DNA from: a virus
Taxonomy: Duplodnaviria; Caudoviricetes
DNA length: 64,000 nt
Reading direction: 5' to 3' (one strand)
Virus record (IMG/VR): IMGVR_UViG_2585427722_000007
Coordinates: 3,826 to 67,825 of that record
Part shown: one piece after another, positions 10,108 to 17,870 of the stretch
Layout of the letters: the number at the start of each line of letters is the position of its first letter
How positions within the stretch are numbered: position 1 is the stretch's first letter
Translations under genes and position numbers: made by a program
Notes under the pieces: generated by a model
Seen by the model: only the letters and a program-made list of their open reading frames with translations
Database searches by the model: none
What the model was told of the DNA's origin: nothing

Positions 10108-10818
10108 TTAGATTATCGACCCATGGGCGTCAAAAAGGCAATCATTTGCTTCAATTGCTTCGTCGACGCATTCATCACTGGTGAGCCAGTCGTGCTCTTT
10201 CTCCAGCTGGTTGTAAATCCAGTCGGCGAAGGAGGAGACATATTCATTCATCGCTTCTTCGATTTCTTCCGGGCAGGAGCCGGGTTCGACTTTGGTGCGG
10301 TAGCATCCGCGCTCGTCCCCGCTGATCATGATGCGGGAGTCCTGCAGGACTTCGTCCTGCTCCTCATCCTCATCCATCACATAGCCGGTCAGCCGCAGTG
10401 TGACCAGCCGCAGGGTGATCAGGTCGTACAGCGCCTCGCCCTCAGCAGCCAGAGAGAATAAACGATCGTCTGTGCAGCCTCGTCCGGTATATTCCCGCAG
10501 CCGGGTCACGCAGCCCTTGAGCTGGGTGATGTACAGATCGCCCGAATAACAGCAGCCATCGCCCTGACTCCAGAACCCGGAGAAGGAGATGTCGGGCTGC
10601 GTGTAGGACTTGCCGTTGTGTGGCCGGCTGTGCTGCAGCCCGACCTCGATGCCGATCAGCTTGCCAATCGTCACCGCATCTTCATAGACGAACTCCCACC
10701 ATTCATATTCCGGATCATGCTCGCGCCATTTATCTCTGGCTTTGTTCTTGGCAGCGTTATCCAGCTCGTCGAAGGTGAACTCGGTCTTCTCTTCGACTTC
10801 AGCAATGTCTTCACTCAT
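10108..10818 (-). CDS. acidic conserved phage protein carrying an internal copy of the helix motif
   Basis: FTFDEL..AK.KAR, FSGFWSQGDG and IY.QLEKEHDWLTSDE motifs; internal AAEGEALYDLITLRLVTLRLTG. Confidence 0.75.
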   Translation of the reverse strand: MSEDIAEVEEKTEFTFDELDNAAKNKARDKWREHDPEYEWWEFVYEDAVTIGKLIGIEVGLQHSRPHNGKSYTQPDISFSGFWSQGDGCCYSGDLYITQLKGCVTRLREYTGRGCTDDRLFSLAAEGEALYDLITLRLVTLRLTGYVMDEDEEQDEVLQDSRIMISGDERGCYRTKVEPGSCPEEIEEAMNEYVSSFADWIYNQLEKEHDWLTSDECVDEAIEANDCLFDAHGSII

Positions 10819-11094
10819 GTCTTTCTCCTGATTTAACTACCGCCGTCGCCGTGGCCGTCGCCGTCGCCGTCGCCGTCGCCGTAGCCGTGGCCGTGGCCGT
10901 AGCCGTGGCCGTGGCCGTGGCCGTGGCCGTAGCCGTGGCCGTGGCCGTCGCCGTCGCCGTAGCCGTGGCCGTGGCCGTGGCCGTAGCCGTGGCCGTGGCC
11001 GTCGCCGTAGCCGTCGCCGTGGCCGTCGAGGGTGATTAGACGTCCGTCGGTCAGGCCCAGCAGACGGCGGGTCAGTTTAAGGATGAGGTCCATT
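10816..11094. repeat. Direct-repeat cassette 1 (with 13926-14186) containing a hexamer tandem array
   Basis: Shared flanks catgtctttctcctgatttaa and ccgtcggtcaggcccagcagacggcgggtcagtttaaggatgaggtccatt. Confidence 0.95.
10833..11093 (-). CDS. (Gly-X)30 repeat protein, copy 1 (X = H/D/Y)
   Basis: 23-aa leader MDLILKLTRRLLGLTDGRLITLD followed by GGC-NAC hexamer repeats; paralogue at 13943. Confidence 0.75.
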   Translation of the reverse strand: MDLILKLTRRLLGLTDGRLITLDGHGDGYGDGHGHGYGHGHGHGYGDGDGHGHGYGHGHGHGHGYGHGHGYGDGDGDGDGHGDGGS

Positions 11095-11622
11095 CAGTTC
11101 TTCCGGTATCTCAACTTCATCACCGAGTTTCGATGCAACGTAGCAACGCATGGCGGCGATCAGGGGTGTGGGGCCTCGAAAAGAGCGGTCTTTGTGCCAT
11201 ACAATCGTTGCTCCAGACTTTCTACAAGTCATGGCGTAGTAAGTTCCGTGCGCTGCACTGTCGGGACGATGGTACTTGCGAAAAGAAATATCCTCACGCT
11301 CAATGAGCGGCCCACTTAACGCCCAGTCAGTTGAGTAGGGTAGGAGTACCGCTTTACTATTTACAGCGTCCCATCCGGGTTCGGTGTCGAGTGCCTTCGC
11401 CACCGCCCAATCAAGAGCAGCGCCAACCAATTCTGATGTTTTCGTTTTCATGATCTCTCCCCCAGAAGGTGCAAATAAGACAGCCTTTAAATCGCTGATG
11501 TTCTGCGCCTCTCTTACCTGTTTTCGTTGTTGTCTATTACGCAGAATTTCCTTGGCCTGCATGAGGCTACAGTCCTTCTCGGCTACTACATGCTCGATGT
11601 CTTCTCGGGTAATCGGGTTCAT
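11077..11622 (-). CDS. NinX/DUF2591-family protein with N-terminal extension
   Basis: ELVGAALDWAVAKA, YSTDWALSGPLIERE and GPTPLIAAMRCYVASKLG motifs. Confidence 0.8.
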   Translation of the reverse strand: MNPITREDIEHVVAEKDCSLMQAKEILRNRQQRKQVREAQNISDLKAVLFAPSGGEIMKTKTSELVGAALDWAVAKALDTEPGWDAVNSKAVLLPYSTDWALSGPLIEREDISFRKYHRPDSAAHGTYYAMTCRKSGATIVWHKDRSFRGPTPLIAAMRCYVASKLGDEVEIPEELNGPHP

Positions 11623-12722
11623 ACCTCAATCTCCACTGTTTCACCGAACGGCCCTTGCTGTGCGTTGGTGCAGCACCACAGAGTTGGGTAGTCCGGCACG
11701 TCGAAGTCAGTCGGGCCATACAAGTCTGTCAGGTAGACCAGACACACCGGCCGGATACTGTTCTCTTCAACCCAGTCGAATACCGGCTTGAACGCGGTGC
11801 CGCCGCCGCCGCATGCTTCCAGCTTGAATGGGTCGTGGCGGGCGAAGGTCTTGGTACCGGCGACTTGGGCGTCGCAGTAGACGACGTGGACGTTGGCCGG
11901 CAAGGTCTCGGCAATGATGGATTCGCACTCGGCGGAAAACGCATCGAGCGTGGTCTGGTCGATCGAGCCCGAGGTGTCGACCCCGATCACGATGTCGCCC
12001 ATGCTCTCGCTGTAGAGCGACGGCATGTAGACGCCATGCACCAGCATCGCCTTGTTCGGCTTGGTCCAGGCATAGTCGTCCTTGCTGCGCTCGGTGATGA
12101 AGCGGCGTAGTGCTTCCCTCCAGTCGACCTGAGGCTTCAGCAGGCCGTCGACGAAGCGCTCCAGCGCACCGGGCAGCTTGCCCATCATCTTGGCGGCGTT
12201 GGCGGCCTGGATCGTGGCGACTTTCCATTCGCGCGTGGCTTCTGTCTGTGCTGCCGGATCGGGCTCGCCAGGCTGCATGTCATCCAGCGGAGCGCCGTGG
12301 CCGTTATTGCCGTCTTTGTCAGGTTCCGGCAGCAGGGTGTAGATGTGGTCAGCGGACATGTCCTTGAATGCCGGGTTGAGCAGGGCGGTACCTTCGAACT
12401 TGAAGCCGACGTCTTCCAGCAACCGATTGATGGCATAGTCCGCGGCTTGGTTCCAGCGCGAGTGGGTGCGTTCGCCCAGGCGAGACATGTGGTCCAGCAC
12501 ACAGTGCATGACCTCATGGGCGATGACCGCTTTGGTCAAGCCGGCGCTGATGCCGTTGACAAAGGCCGGGTTGTAGCTGATGGTCTTGCCGTCGACCGCC
12601 ATGGTCTTGACGGAGGCATCTTCGGCCAGCTTCAGACGTAGAGCCAGTGCGCCGAAGAAGGGCTGGTCGAGGATCAGCGTGGCTCGCGCGCGGGTGAGTT
12701 TGGTTGCGGCTTCTTGGTTCAT
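11619..12722 (-). CDS. DUF2201-type metallopeptidase plus VWA domain protein
   Basis: HEVMH zincin motif, WNQAADYAIN, MIDAS DTSGS, GGGT and YLTDLYG. Confidence 0.9.
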   Translation of the reverse strand: MNQEAATKLTRARATLILDQPFFGALALRLKLAEDASVKTMAVDGKTISYNPAFVNGISAGLTKAVIAHEVMHCVLDHMSRLGERTHSRWNQAADYAINRLLEDVGFKFEGTALLNPAFKDMSADHIYTLLPEPDKDGNNGHGAPLDDMQPGEPDPAAQTEATREWKVATIQAANAAKMMGKLPGALERFVDGLLKPQVDWREALRRFITERSKDDYAWTKPNKAMLVHGVYMPSLYSESMGDIVIGVDTSGSIDQTTLDAFSAECESIIAETLPANVHVVYCDAQVAGTKTFARHDPFKLEACGGGGTAFKPVFDWVEENSIRPVCLVYLTDLYGPTDFDVPDYPTLWCCTNAQQGPFGETVEIEV

Positions 12723-12877
12723 GATTCTTTTCCTGTCCTTACATAGACCCAGGCTGCGACCCATGCGCCACCTTCGTCGTTAGGGCGGACTGCGGCGTTG
12801 TCATCAATCTCGATGTCGTTGTCTGAGCCGTCTGCCCAGAACTCGATCGCGAGCTGCCTGATTTCGTAGTTGTTCAT
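12719..12877 (-). CDS. small acidic protein (52 aa)
   Basis: MNNYEIRQLA...DIEIDDNA...GAWVAAWVYV; overlaps both neighbours by 4 nt. Confidence 0.7.
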   Translation of the reverse strand: MNNYEIRQLAIEFWADGSDNDIEIDDNAAVRPNDEGGAWVAAWVYVRTGKES

Positions 12878-13095
12878 TTCGTCATCCTTATTTCCAAAGC
12901 CTTCATTACCAGCTCCACCGCCATCGGCGGTCCGTCGGCGGCGTGCCCCTCTATCCGCTTGATCCACCAGAGCTGGGTATCGGTGTCCCAGGAGTCGAAC
13001 TTGTTTTTGTTCGAACTCCATCTGGTGTCATCAAGCCATAAGTTTCGCAGCGCCAAGCGGTATAACTGGACCTTGACGAGGGCTTCTCCGCCCAT
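12874..13095 (-). CDS. small protein with shared C-terminal helix motif
   Basis: Ends AADGPPMAVELVMKALEIRMTK*. Confidence 0.7.
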   Translation of the reverse strand: MGGEALVKVQLYRLALRNLWLDDTRWSSNKNKFDSWDTDTQLWWIKRIEGHAADGPPMAVELVMKALEIRMTK

Positions 13096-13928
13096 CACAG
13101 ATGTGTGGAGATAGTACTCAGGATGCTTGCTGCTTCCTGCGCCACGCGAGCGCGGGCCTGATACGACCGGCGCAGGCAACCGGGCGGTTCGTGCAGGTCG
13201 CGCATCACGCGGATGCAGACGTCATTGAGTTCCTTGTTGTTGGTGATGTTCAGCTTGGGCAGCATTAGGGCCAGCTCGGTGACATTCTCGACGATACTGT
13301 CGCGAAAGACTGGCTTGTCCTTGAGCATCGTGGTCTCCAGCTTCGAGACCACATCAAATAGGCGTTGCCAGCACTCCCGGACTGCGCCGGCCTGGCGCTC
13401 GGCTACTGTGGCGTCGATACTAGCCTTGATCTCTTCCAGCGCTTCGTTGCCGACATCGACCCGGAAGTCCTTGGCGTCCGGTACCGGCAAGAAACTGACG
13501 TTCAGCCCAAAGCGTGACTGGATGTCGTCAGCCGGTGGATAGTCCTGGGCATCGTACATGGTACCCAAGCGCTGGCGGGCAGCGGACACCAGCTGTGGAT
13601 AGTCCACGACGAATATTTTGGTCAGCGCCTCGTTGTCGCTTTTGAATTGGCGCATTGCTGCGGTGTAATCCATGTACGCCTTGGCCGGCAGCAGGCGGTC
13701 GCCGTTGTCGCCCCACGGCAGCGTCATCGTGTAGTGGTAGTCGCGGATGCGACCGGCGTGCTTGGCCAGCGGGTCGAGTGCGGACTTGTCGATCAGTAGC
13801 TTGTTGTAACGTCCGCCGTCCTGCGCGCTATGGGTGGCATCAACCTCGAGTGAGACTGCGCGGTCATGTTTGCGGGCCGTCCACTGGCGAATGTTGAGGT
13901 TCGCGATCATCGCTCGGTTCTGCAGCAT
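13095..13928 (-). CDS. conserved helical protein (DUF3150-like)
   Basis: W.ARK.D, YNKLL, TLPW.D.G.RLLP and FRDS.V.N motifs. The family is recalled as a neighbour of AAA/VWA pairs. Confidence 0.65.
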   Translation of the reverse strand: MLQNRAMIANLNIRQWTARKHDRAVSLEVDATHSAQDGGRYNKLLIDKSALDPLAKHAGRIRDYHYTMTLPWGDNGDRLLPAKAYMDYTAAMRQFKSDNEALTKIFVVDYPQLVSAARQRLGTMYDAQDYPPADDIQSRFGLNVSFLPVPDAKDFRVDVGNEALEEIKASIDATVAERQAGAVRECWQRLFDVVSKLETTMLKDKPVFRDSIVENVTELALMLPKLNITNNKELNDVCIRVMRDLHEPPGCLRRSYQARARVAQEAASILSTISTHL

Positions 13929-14186
13929 GTCTTTCTCCTGATTTAATTACCACCGTAGCCGTCGCCGTAGCCGTAGCCGTCGCCGTAGCCGTGGCCGTGG
14001 CCGGAGCCGTGGCCGGAGCCGTCGCCGTAGCCGTAGCCGTAGCCGTGGCCGTCGCCGTAGCCGTCGCCGTAGCCGAAGCCGTCGCCGTAGCCGTCGCCGT
14101 CGCCGTCGCCGGAGCCGTCCAGAGTCATCAGCCGGCCGTCGGTCAGGCCCAGCAGACGGCGGGTCAGTTTAAGGATGAGGTCCATT
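13926..14186. repeat. Direct-repeat cassette 2
   Basis: Flanks match 10816-11094, about 3.1 kb away. Confidence 0.95.
13943..14185 (-). CDS. (Gly-X)27 repeat protein, copy 2 (X = Y/D/H/S/F)
   Basis: Same 23-aa leader as copy 1 (one substitution) but a different repeat sequence. Confidence 0.75.
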   Translation of the reverse strand: MDLILKLTRRLLGLTDGRLMTLDGSGDGDGDGYGDGFGYGDGYGDGHGYGYGYGDGSGHGSGHGHGYGDGYGYGDGYGGN

Positions 14187-14475
14187 TGGACTGGTTGCAG
14201 TCAACGGTGAACAGCACAGCTTTCAGCTGCGGGCGCACAGTGCAGGAGGCGTCGAGCACGGTGTCTGCGACTGGGCCATCCTTGAGTTGACCGAGGCCCT
14301 CGGAGGTGCCCCACTTACGAATGCAGCGGGCTTTGTCGATGTACATTTCAGTTTCGGTACGAGTGACGTAACCGACGAAGACGAAGCCGCGGTCGAGGGC
14401 GACAATTTGGATTTGCGGGGTAGTAGGGCTCAAGTTTTCGGCTTGTTGGACTATCGGTGTTTTCTTGGTTGCCAT
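14164..14475 (-). CDS. DUF6948-like small beta protein
   Basis: IVALDRGFVFVG...ARCIRKWGTSEGLGQLKDGP; overlaps the start of the Gly-X repeat gene. Confidence 0.7.
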   Translation of the reverse strand: MATKKTPIVQQAENLSPTTPQIQIVALDRGFVFVGYVTRTETEMYIDKARCIRKWGTSEGLGQLKDGPVADTVLDASCTVRPQLKAVLFTVDCNQSKWTSSLN

Positions 14476-14480
14476 ATTCT

Positions 14481-14825
14481 TTATCCTTTAGAGGTTGTAG
14501 CCATTCTTCTTTTGAGGGTTCCGCGAGTATCCGTAGAGCGGTCTTTGTGTTTTTCGATCTGGGTCTGAGTGAATAGCCAACCTTCCTGAATGGCAAGTTG
14601 CAACGCTTCGATGATTTTTTCGGCATGCTCGACGGTATCTACAGCCAGATGATTCTTACCGGCGAGAGTTTTTAAGTAGCATCCGAAGTGGTTTTCATGG
14701 TGATCACAGCCTTGTTCGAGCTGGCCGGCAGCTTCCCAGGAGTTTCCTTTATAGAACTGAATTACGGGTTGCCCAGACGTGTTGTCCGCCGGCGTTTCGG
14801 ATATGTTGATTACGAACTGTTTCAT
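14481..14825 (-). CDS. hypothetical protein
   Basis: 114-aa ORF with AAGGA RBS. Confidence 0.65.
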   Translation of the reverse strand: MKQFVINISETPADNTSGQPVIQFYKGNSWEAAGQLEQGCDHHENHFGCYLKTLAGKNHLAVDTVEHAEKIIEALQLAIQEGWLFTQTQIEKHKDRSTDTRGTLKRRMATTSKG

Positions 14826-14830
14826 GTTCT

Positions 14831-15064
14831 TTATCCTTTAAGTCTGAGTTCAATAAATCTCTGCATAATGGCCTGGGCCAGCGGGTCGCCGTCATCGGCC
14901 ATGTGTTTGATCTTGACCATGCCGGAGGCTTCGAGCTTCATCGCGTTGGTAATTTTGTAGCACTGTTCGACTGTTGAGGCCCAGGCGCGTTGCTGTTCGG
15001 TAGAGTCAAAGACGATATGGCCGCGGGATGCTTGCCACTTGCGGTTCTCTTCAGACTCGTTCAT
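14831..15064 (-). CDS. small protein with shared C-terminal helix motif
   Basis: Ends ADDGDPLAQAIMQRFIELRLKG*. Confidence 0.75.
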   Translation of the reverse strand: MNESEENRKWQASRGHIVFDSTEQQRAWASTVEQCYKITNAMKLEASGMVKIKHMADDGDPLAQAIMQRFIELRLKG

Positions 15065-15246
15065 CCTGTCATCCTCCTCTCTACGTACATCGCCCAGACC
15101 TTCTCGGCTCTGGGTATGCCGGCTTTGGCTTCTTCCAGGCAGCGCTTGTAGCCGTTCTGGTTATCGAAGTAATACTCCAGGCCCTCTGCTTTGGGGTCTA
15201 CGTACAGGGCGTACCAGGTCGTCCGCTCTTTGACAGACCAGGTCAT
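15061..15246 (-). CDS. small protein with shared C-terminal helix motif
   Basis: Ends AKAGIPRAEKVWAMYVERRMTG*. Confidence 0.75.
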   Translation of the reverse strand: MTWSVKERTTWYALYVDPKAEGLEYYFDNQNGYKRCLEEAKAGIPRAEKVWAMYVERRMTG

Positions 15247-15602
15247 CGTGTCAGCCTGTACTTCAAAGCGAATGCGACGATCTTCAGATTTGTCGGGTCC
15301 GTGCTGTTCATTACGTCTGCAATCCAGCGCTCGGGGTTTCTATAGAAGAGACTCAGCTTAAAGTGGTCTCTGCTTGGGCCTACACTATCGATAATCGCCC
15401 GCACCCAGCACAACTGCTCTGGTGTCTCGCGTAGCTTGGGCACATCTTTCGGAACGAACCCGCGCGCTTCGAGTTCGTCTCGCAGCCTGGAGTTGTGCTG
15501 ACCGTTGCGGGCGGTCATCATCCATGAGTAGTACAAGTGAACGCTGTCCATCCAGATGATCTCCAACCGCTGACCGTCCAAGGTCCTCCAGATCGCGCTC
15601 AC
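15243..15602 (-). CDS. protein with shared C-terminal helix motif
   Basis: Ends MNSTDPTNLKIVAFALKYRLTR*. Confidence 0.7.
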   Translation of the reverse strand: MSAIWRTLDGQRLEIIWMDSVHLYYSWMMTARNGQHNSRLRDELEARGFVPKDVPKLRETPEQLCWVRAIIDSVGPSRDHFKLSLFYRNPERWIADVMNSTDPTNLKIVAFALKYRLTR

Positions 15603-15603
15603 G

Positions 15604-16584
15604 TCACACCCAGACCGCGCTATTCGTTATGCCCCACTTGATGAACGCCTTGGTCTCGCTGATGCTTCTGTCCTGGCGTGTGGCGTCGCGCACGGTGACG
15701 ACCTGGAACTCGATCGGCATCCGGCCCACGTACTGCATCATGCGGTCGAAGGTGTCCTTCTTGACCTTGGCGCCGAGCGCCGAACTCAGGGCGTACAGCG
15801 TGGCCGGCGCGTCGGGGATCGCTACCTTGTCCGGGTTCAGCATGATCTCATCGATTGATGGTAGATCGCGGTAGACTCGTAAGAACGCAGAGAACTCGGC
15901 GGCCGCGCCTTCGCCAACCGTACCTTTCAGCACCTCAAACTCGGTGTCGCGGTCCAGGCCGGAGTCGATGACCTGCGACGCGAAGGCCCAGCTGCGCGGA
16001 GTAGGAAAGGCGCGCTGGGTGTAATCCGGCGCGTGCAGCAGATTGGTGCGGAAGCGGATGAAGCTGATCAGCTCGGTCGGCATGGCGTTGTCAAGCGCCC
16101 ACTCCGACCAGTCGTCCAGGCTGACCTCGATGTCGAGGTGGACGAAGCGGTTGCTTAGAGCGGCCGGCATACGATTGACGACAGAGCGGTCAGACTCACG
16201 ATTGCCGGCCGCAAGAATGCTCCAGCCGGCTGGCAGGGTGTAGTCGCCGATCTTGCCGGTCAGGGTCAGCTGCATCGCGGCAGCCTGGGTGGCTGGCGCG
16301 GCCGAATTGAGCTCGTCGAGAAACAGGATGCCCTTGCCCTTGGTCGGCAGTTCGCCGTCGCGATAGAACTGCATGGTCTTGGATTTGGCGTCCGGCATCG
16401 GAAAGCCTTTGATGTCGGTCGGGTCGCGCAGGGCCATGCGGAAGTCGACCAGTTGCAGCTTGTCTTCCTTGGCGATCGATTCGACCAGATCGGACTTGCC
16501 GACGCCGGGAGGACCCCAGAGAAACACGGCACGTTTTTGCGCCATGAGGAAGCGCAGGGCGGGTTTGAGTTGAGATGGGCGCAT
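15604..16584 (-). CDS. MoxR/dynein-related AAA+ ATPase
   Basis: Walker A GPPGVGKS, Walker B LFLDELN, AAGNR, ALSNRF and TPRSW. Confidence 0.92.
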   Translation of the reverse strand: MRPSQLKPALRFLMAQKRAVFLWGPPGVGKSDLVESIAKEDKLQLVDFRMALRDPTDIKGFPMPDAKSKTMQFYRDGELPTKGKGILFLDELNSAAPATQAAAMQLTLTGKIGDYTLPAGWSILAAGNRESDRSVVNRMPAALSNRFVHLDIEVSLDDWSEWALDNAMPTELISFIRFRTNLLHAPDYTQRAFPTPRSWAFASQVIDSGLDRDTEFEVLKGTVGEGAAAEFSAFLRVYRDLPSIDEIMLNPDKVAIPDAPATLYALSSALGAKVKKDTFDRMMQYVGRMPIEFQVVTVRDATRQDRSISETKAFIKWGITNSAVWV

Positions 16585-16619
16585 TACGGTACTCCTTGTG
16601 GATAAAGAGGGATTAAGTA

Positions 16620-16925
16620 AATTAAGTGTTGGGCAGATAAGTGTCGGACAGCTTGGAGCAGAGGTATGCCGCTGCGTATTCGGTCTTTACTTACCTAACC
16701 AACAAGGAAGCTCCCTCGGCGCTAATCCCGAAGCAAGCATTGCAGCTTCCCTGTTGCTTGGTATTTACAACACCAACACCTGTCGGCCTATTCAAAACCG
16801 ACAAGTAAGCGTTCTTCGGTTTAGTCCCTGGCTATCGGTGCCAGGTGACCTCCGTAGATACAAGATCGCTTACTTGTTGGTGCTGGATCATTAAGCGGAC
16901 CCAGCTACGCTTCCCATCTCACTAG
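16620..16925 (-). ncRNA. putative structured leader or ncRNA
   Basis: No credible ORF. Nested stems at 16771-78/16875-82, 16781-86/16798-803, 16804-11/16867-74, 16827-32/16840-45, 16701-12/16744-55 and 16882-89/16898-905. G-U pairs favour the minus strand. Confidence 0.55.
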
Positions 16926-16932
16926 GATCGGT

Positions 16933-16962
16933 ACTCTACATTAGATCGTAGATAGACTGCAA
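16933..16962 (-). promoter_or_regulatory. sigma70-like promoter overlapped by a TCTA-N3-TAGA site
   Basis: Minus strand reads TTGCAG-N18-TAGAGT; palindrome at 16935-16945. Confidence 0.5.
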
Positions 16963-16969
16963 GTAAACT

Positions 16970-17158
16970 TTAAGAGATCGCGTCAAATAATGACGCCTTA
17001 CTCGGTTCCCTGATCTGTCGGCGCAATTTATTCGCCTTCATCTGGTAATGGATTGTGTTAGCGCGAGCCTGTAGCGCCGCTCGGGCCTCTATGACTGCGT
17101 AACGCTCGGCCCACAACAGTTGGTACTGCAGCCAGAGTTTGTTGAGGCGACCGGTCAT
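16970..17158 (-). CDS. hypothetical protein
   Basis: 62-aa ORF with AAGGAG RBS directly after dcd. Confidence 0.6.
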   Translation of the reverse strand: MTGRLNKLWLQYQLLWAERYAVIEARAALQARANTIHYQMKANKLRRQIREPSKASLFDAIS

Positions 17159-17159
17159 C

Positions 17160-17762
17160 TCAGCTCCTTGGCAGCGTTACGCCGGTCTGGCCCTGATACT
17201 TGCCGCCGCGATCGGCGTAAGTGGTATCACACTGTTCGTCGCTCTGGAAGAACAGCATCTGGGCGCAGCCTTCGTTGGCGTATATCTTGGCCGGCAACGG
17301 CGTGGTGTTGCTGAACTCCAGCGTCACGTAGCCCTCCCATTCAGGCTCGAGCGGTGTCACATTGACGACGATGCCGCAGCGCGCATAGGTGGACTTGCCC
17401 AGGCACACCACCAGTACGTCCCTCGGTATCTTGAAGCGCTCGATGGTACGCGCCAACACGAACGAGTTGGGCGGAATGATGCAGACATCGCCGGTGAAGT
17501 CGACGAAGCACTTGTCGTCGAAGTTCTTCGGGTCGACGATCGTGCTGTTGACGTTGGTGAATATCTTGAATTCGTTGGCGCAACGTACATCGTAGCCGTA
17601 TGAGGAGGTGCCGTAGGAGATGATTTTCTCCTCGACCATGCGGACGAGGCCGTTATCGTTGCTTAGTACATCCTTTGTCCGTTTCTGTCCTGCCTCGAAC
17701 GGGCTGATCATGATCTGGTCCTGCGCCATGTGGCGTATCCAGTGGTCGGGTTTGATTGACAT
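17160..17762 (-). CDS. dcd: dCTP deaminase
   Basis: [20 protein letters not shown] and TPLEPEWEG motifs. Confidence 0.95.
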   Translation of the reverse strand: MSIKPDHWIRHMAQDQIMISPFEAGQKRTKDVLSNDNGLVRMVEEKIISYGTSSYGYDVRCANEFKIFTNVNSTIVDPKNFDDKCFVDFTGDVCIIPPNSFVLARTIERFKIPRDVLVVCLGKSTYARCGIVVNVTPLEPEWEGYVTLEFSNTTPLPAKIYANEGCAQMLFFQSDEQCDTTYADRGGKYQGQTGVTLPRS

Positions 17763-17870
17763 ATCGTGGTTCCTTTGGTCTGATGAAACGAACAGCGAGA
17801 GACGCTTCCCAAGATGGGTCCCGCCCGTGCCGCCCGTTGTTACGGGCTAGAAGCGCCCCTCGCTCTTGGC

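Noticed and set aside
10851-11039. Plus-strand poly(Val-Ala) ORFs (also 13991..14290)
   Set aside because: These are antisense shadows of the GGC-NAC repeat, with no RBS and opposite to the operon.
10833-14185. Gly-X cassettes as a DGR template/variable repeat pair (NNC codon variation)
   Set aside because: No reverse transcriptase was seen, neither copy is an adenine-rich (AAC) template, and the unit numbers differ. Slippage explains the pattern better.
16598-16894. 98-aa plus-strand ORF in the structured leader
   Set aside because: It opposes the operon, has no good RBS or protein-like motifs, and the G-U asymmetry favours a minus-strand RNA.
17780-17810. Hammerhead ribozyme suggested by CTGATGA
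   Set aside because: No stem II followed by GAAA, and it is antisense to local transcription.
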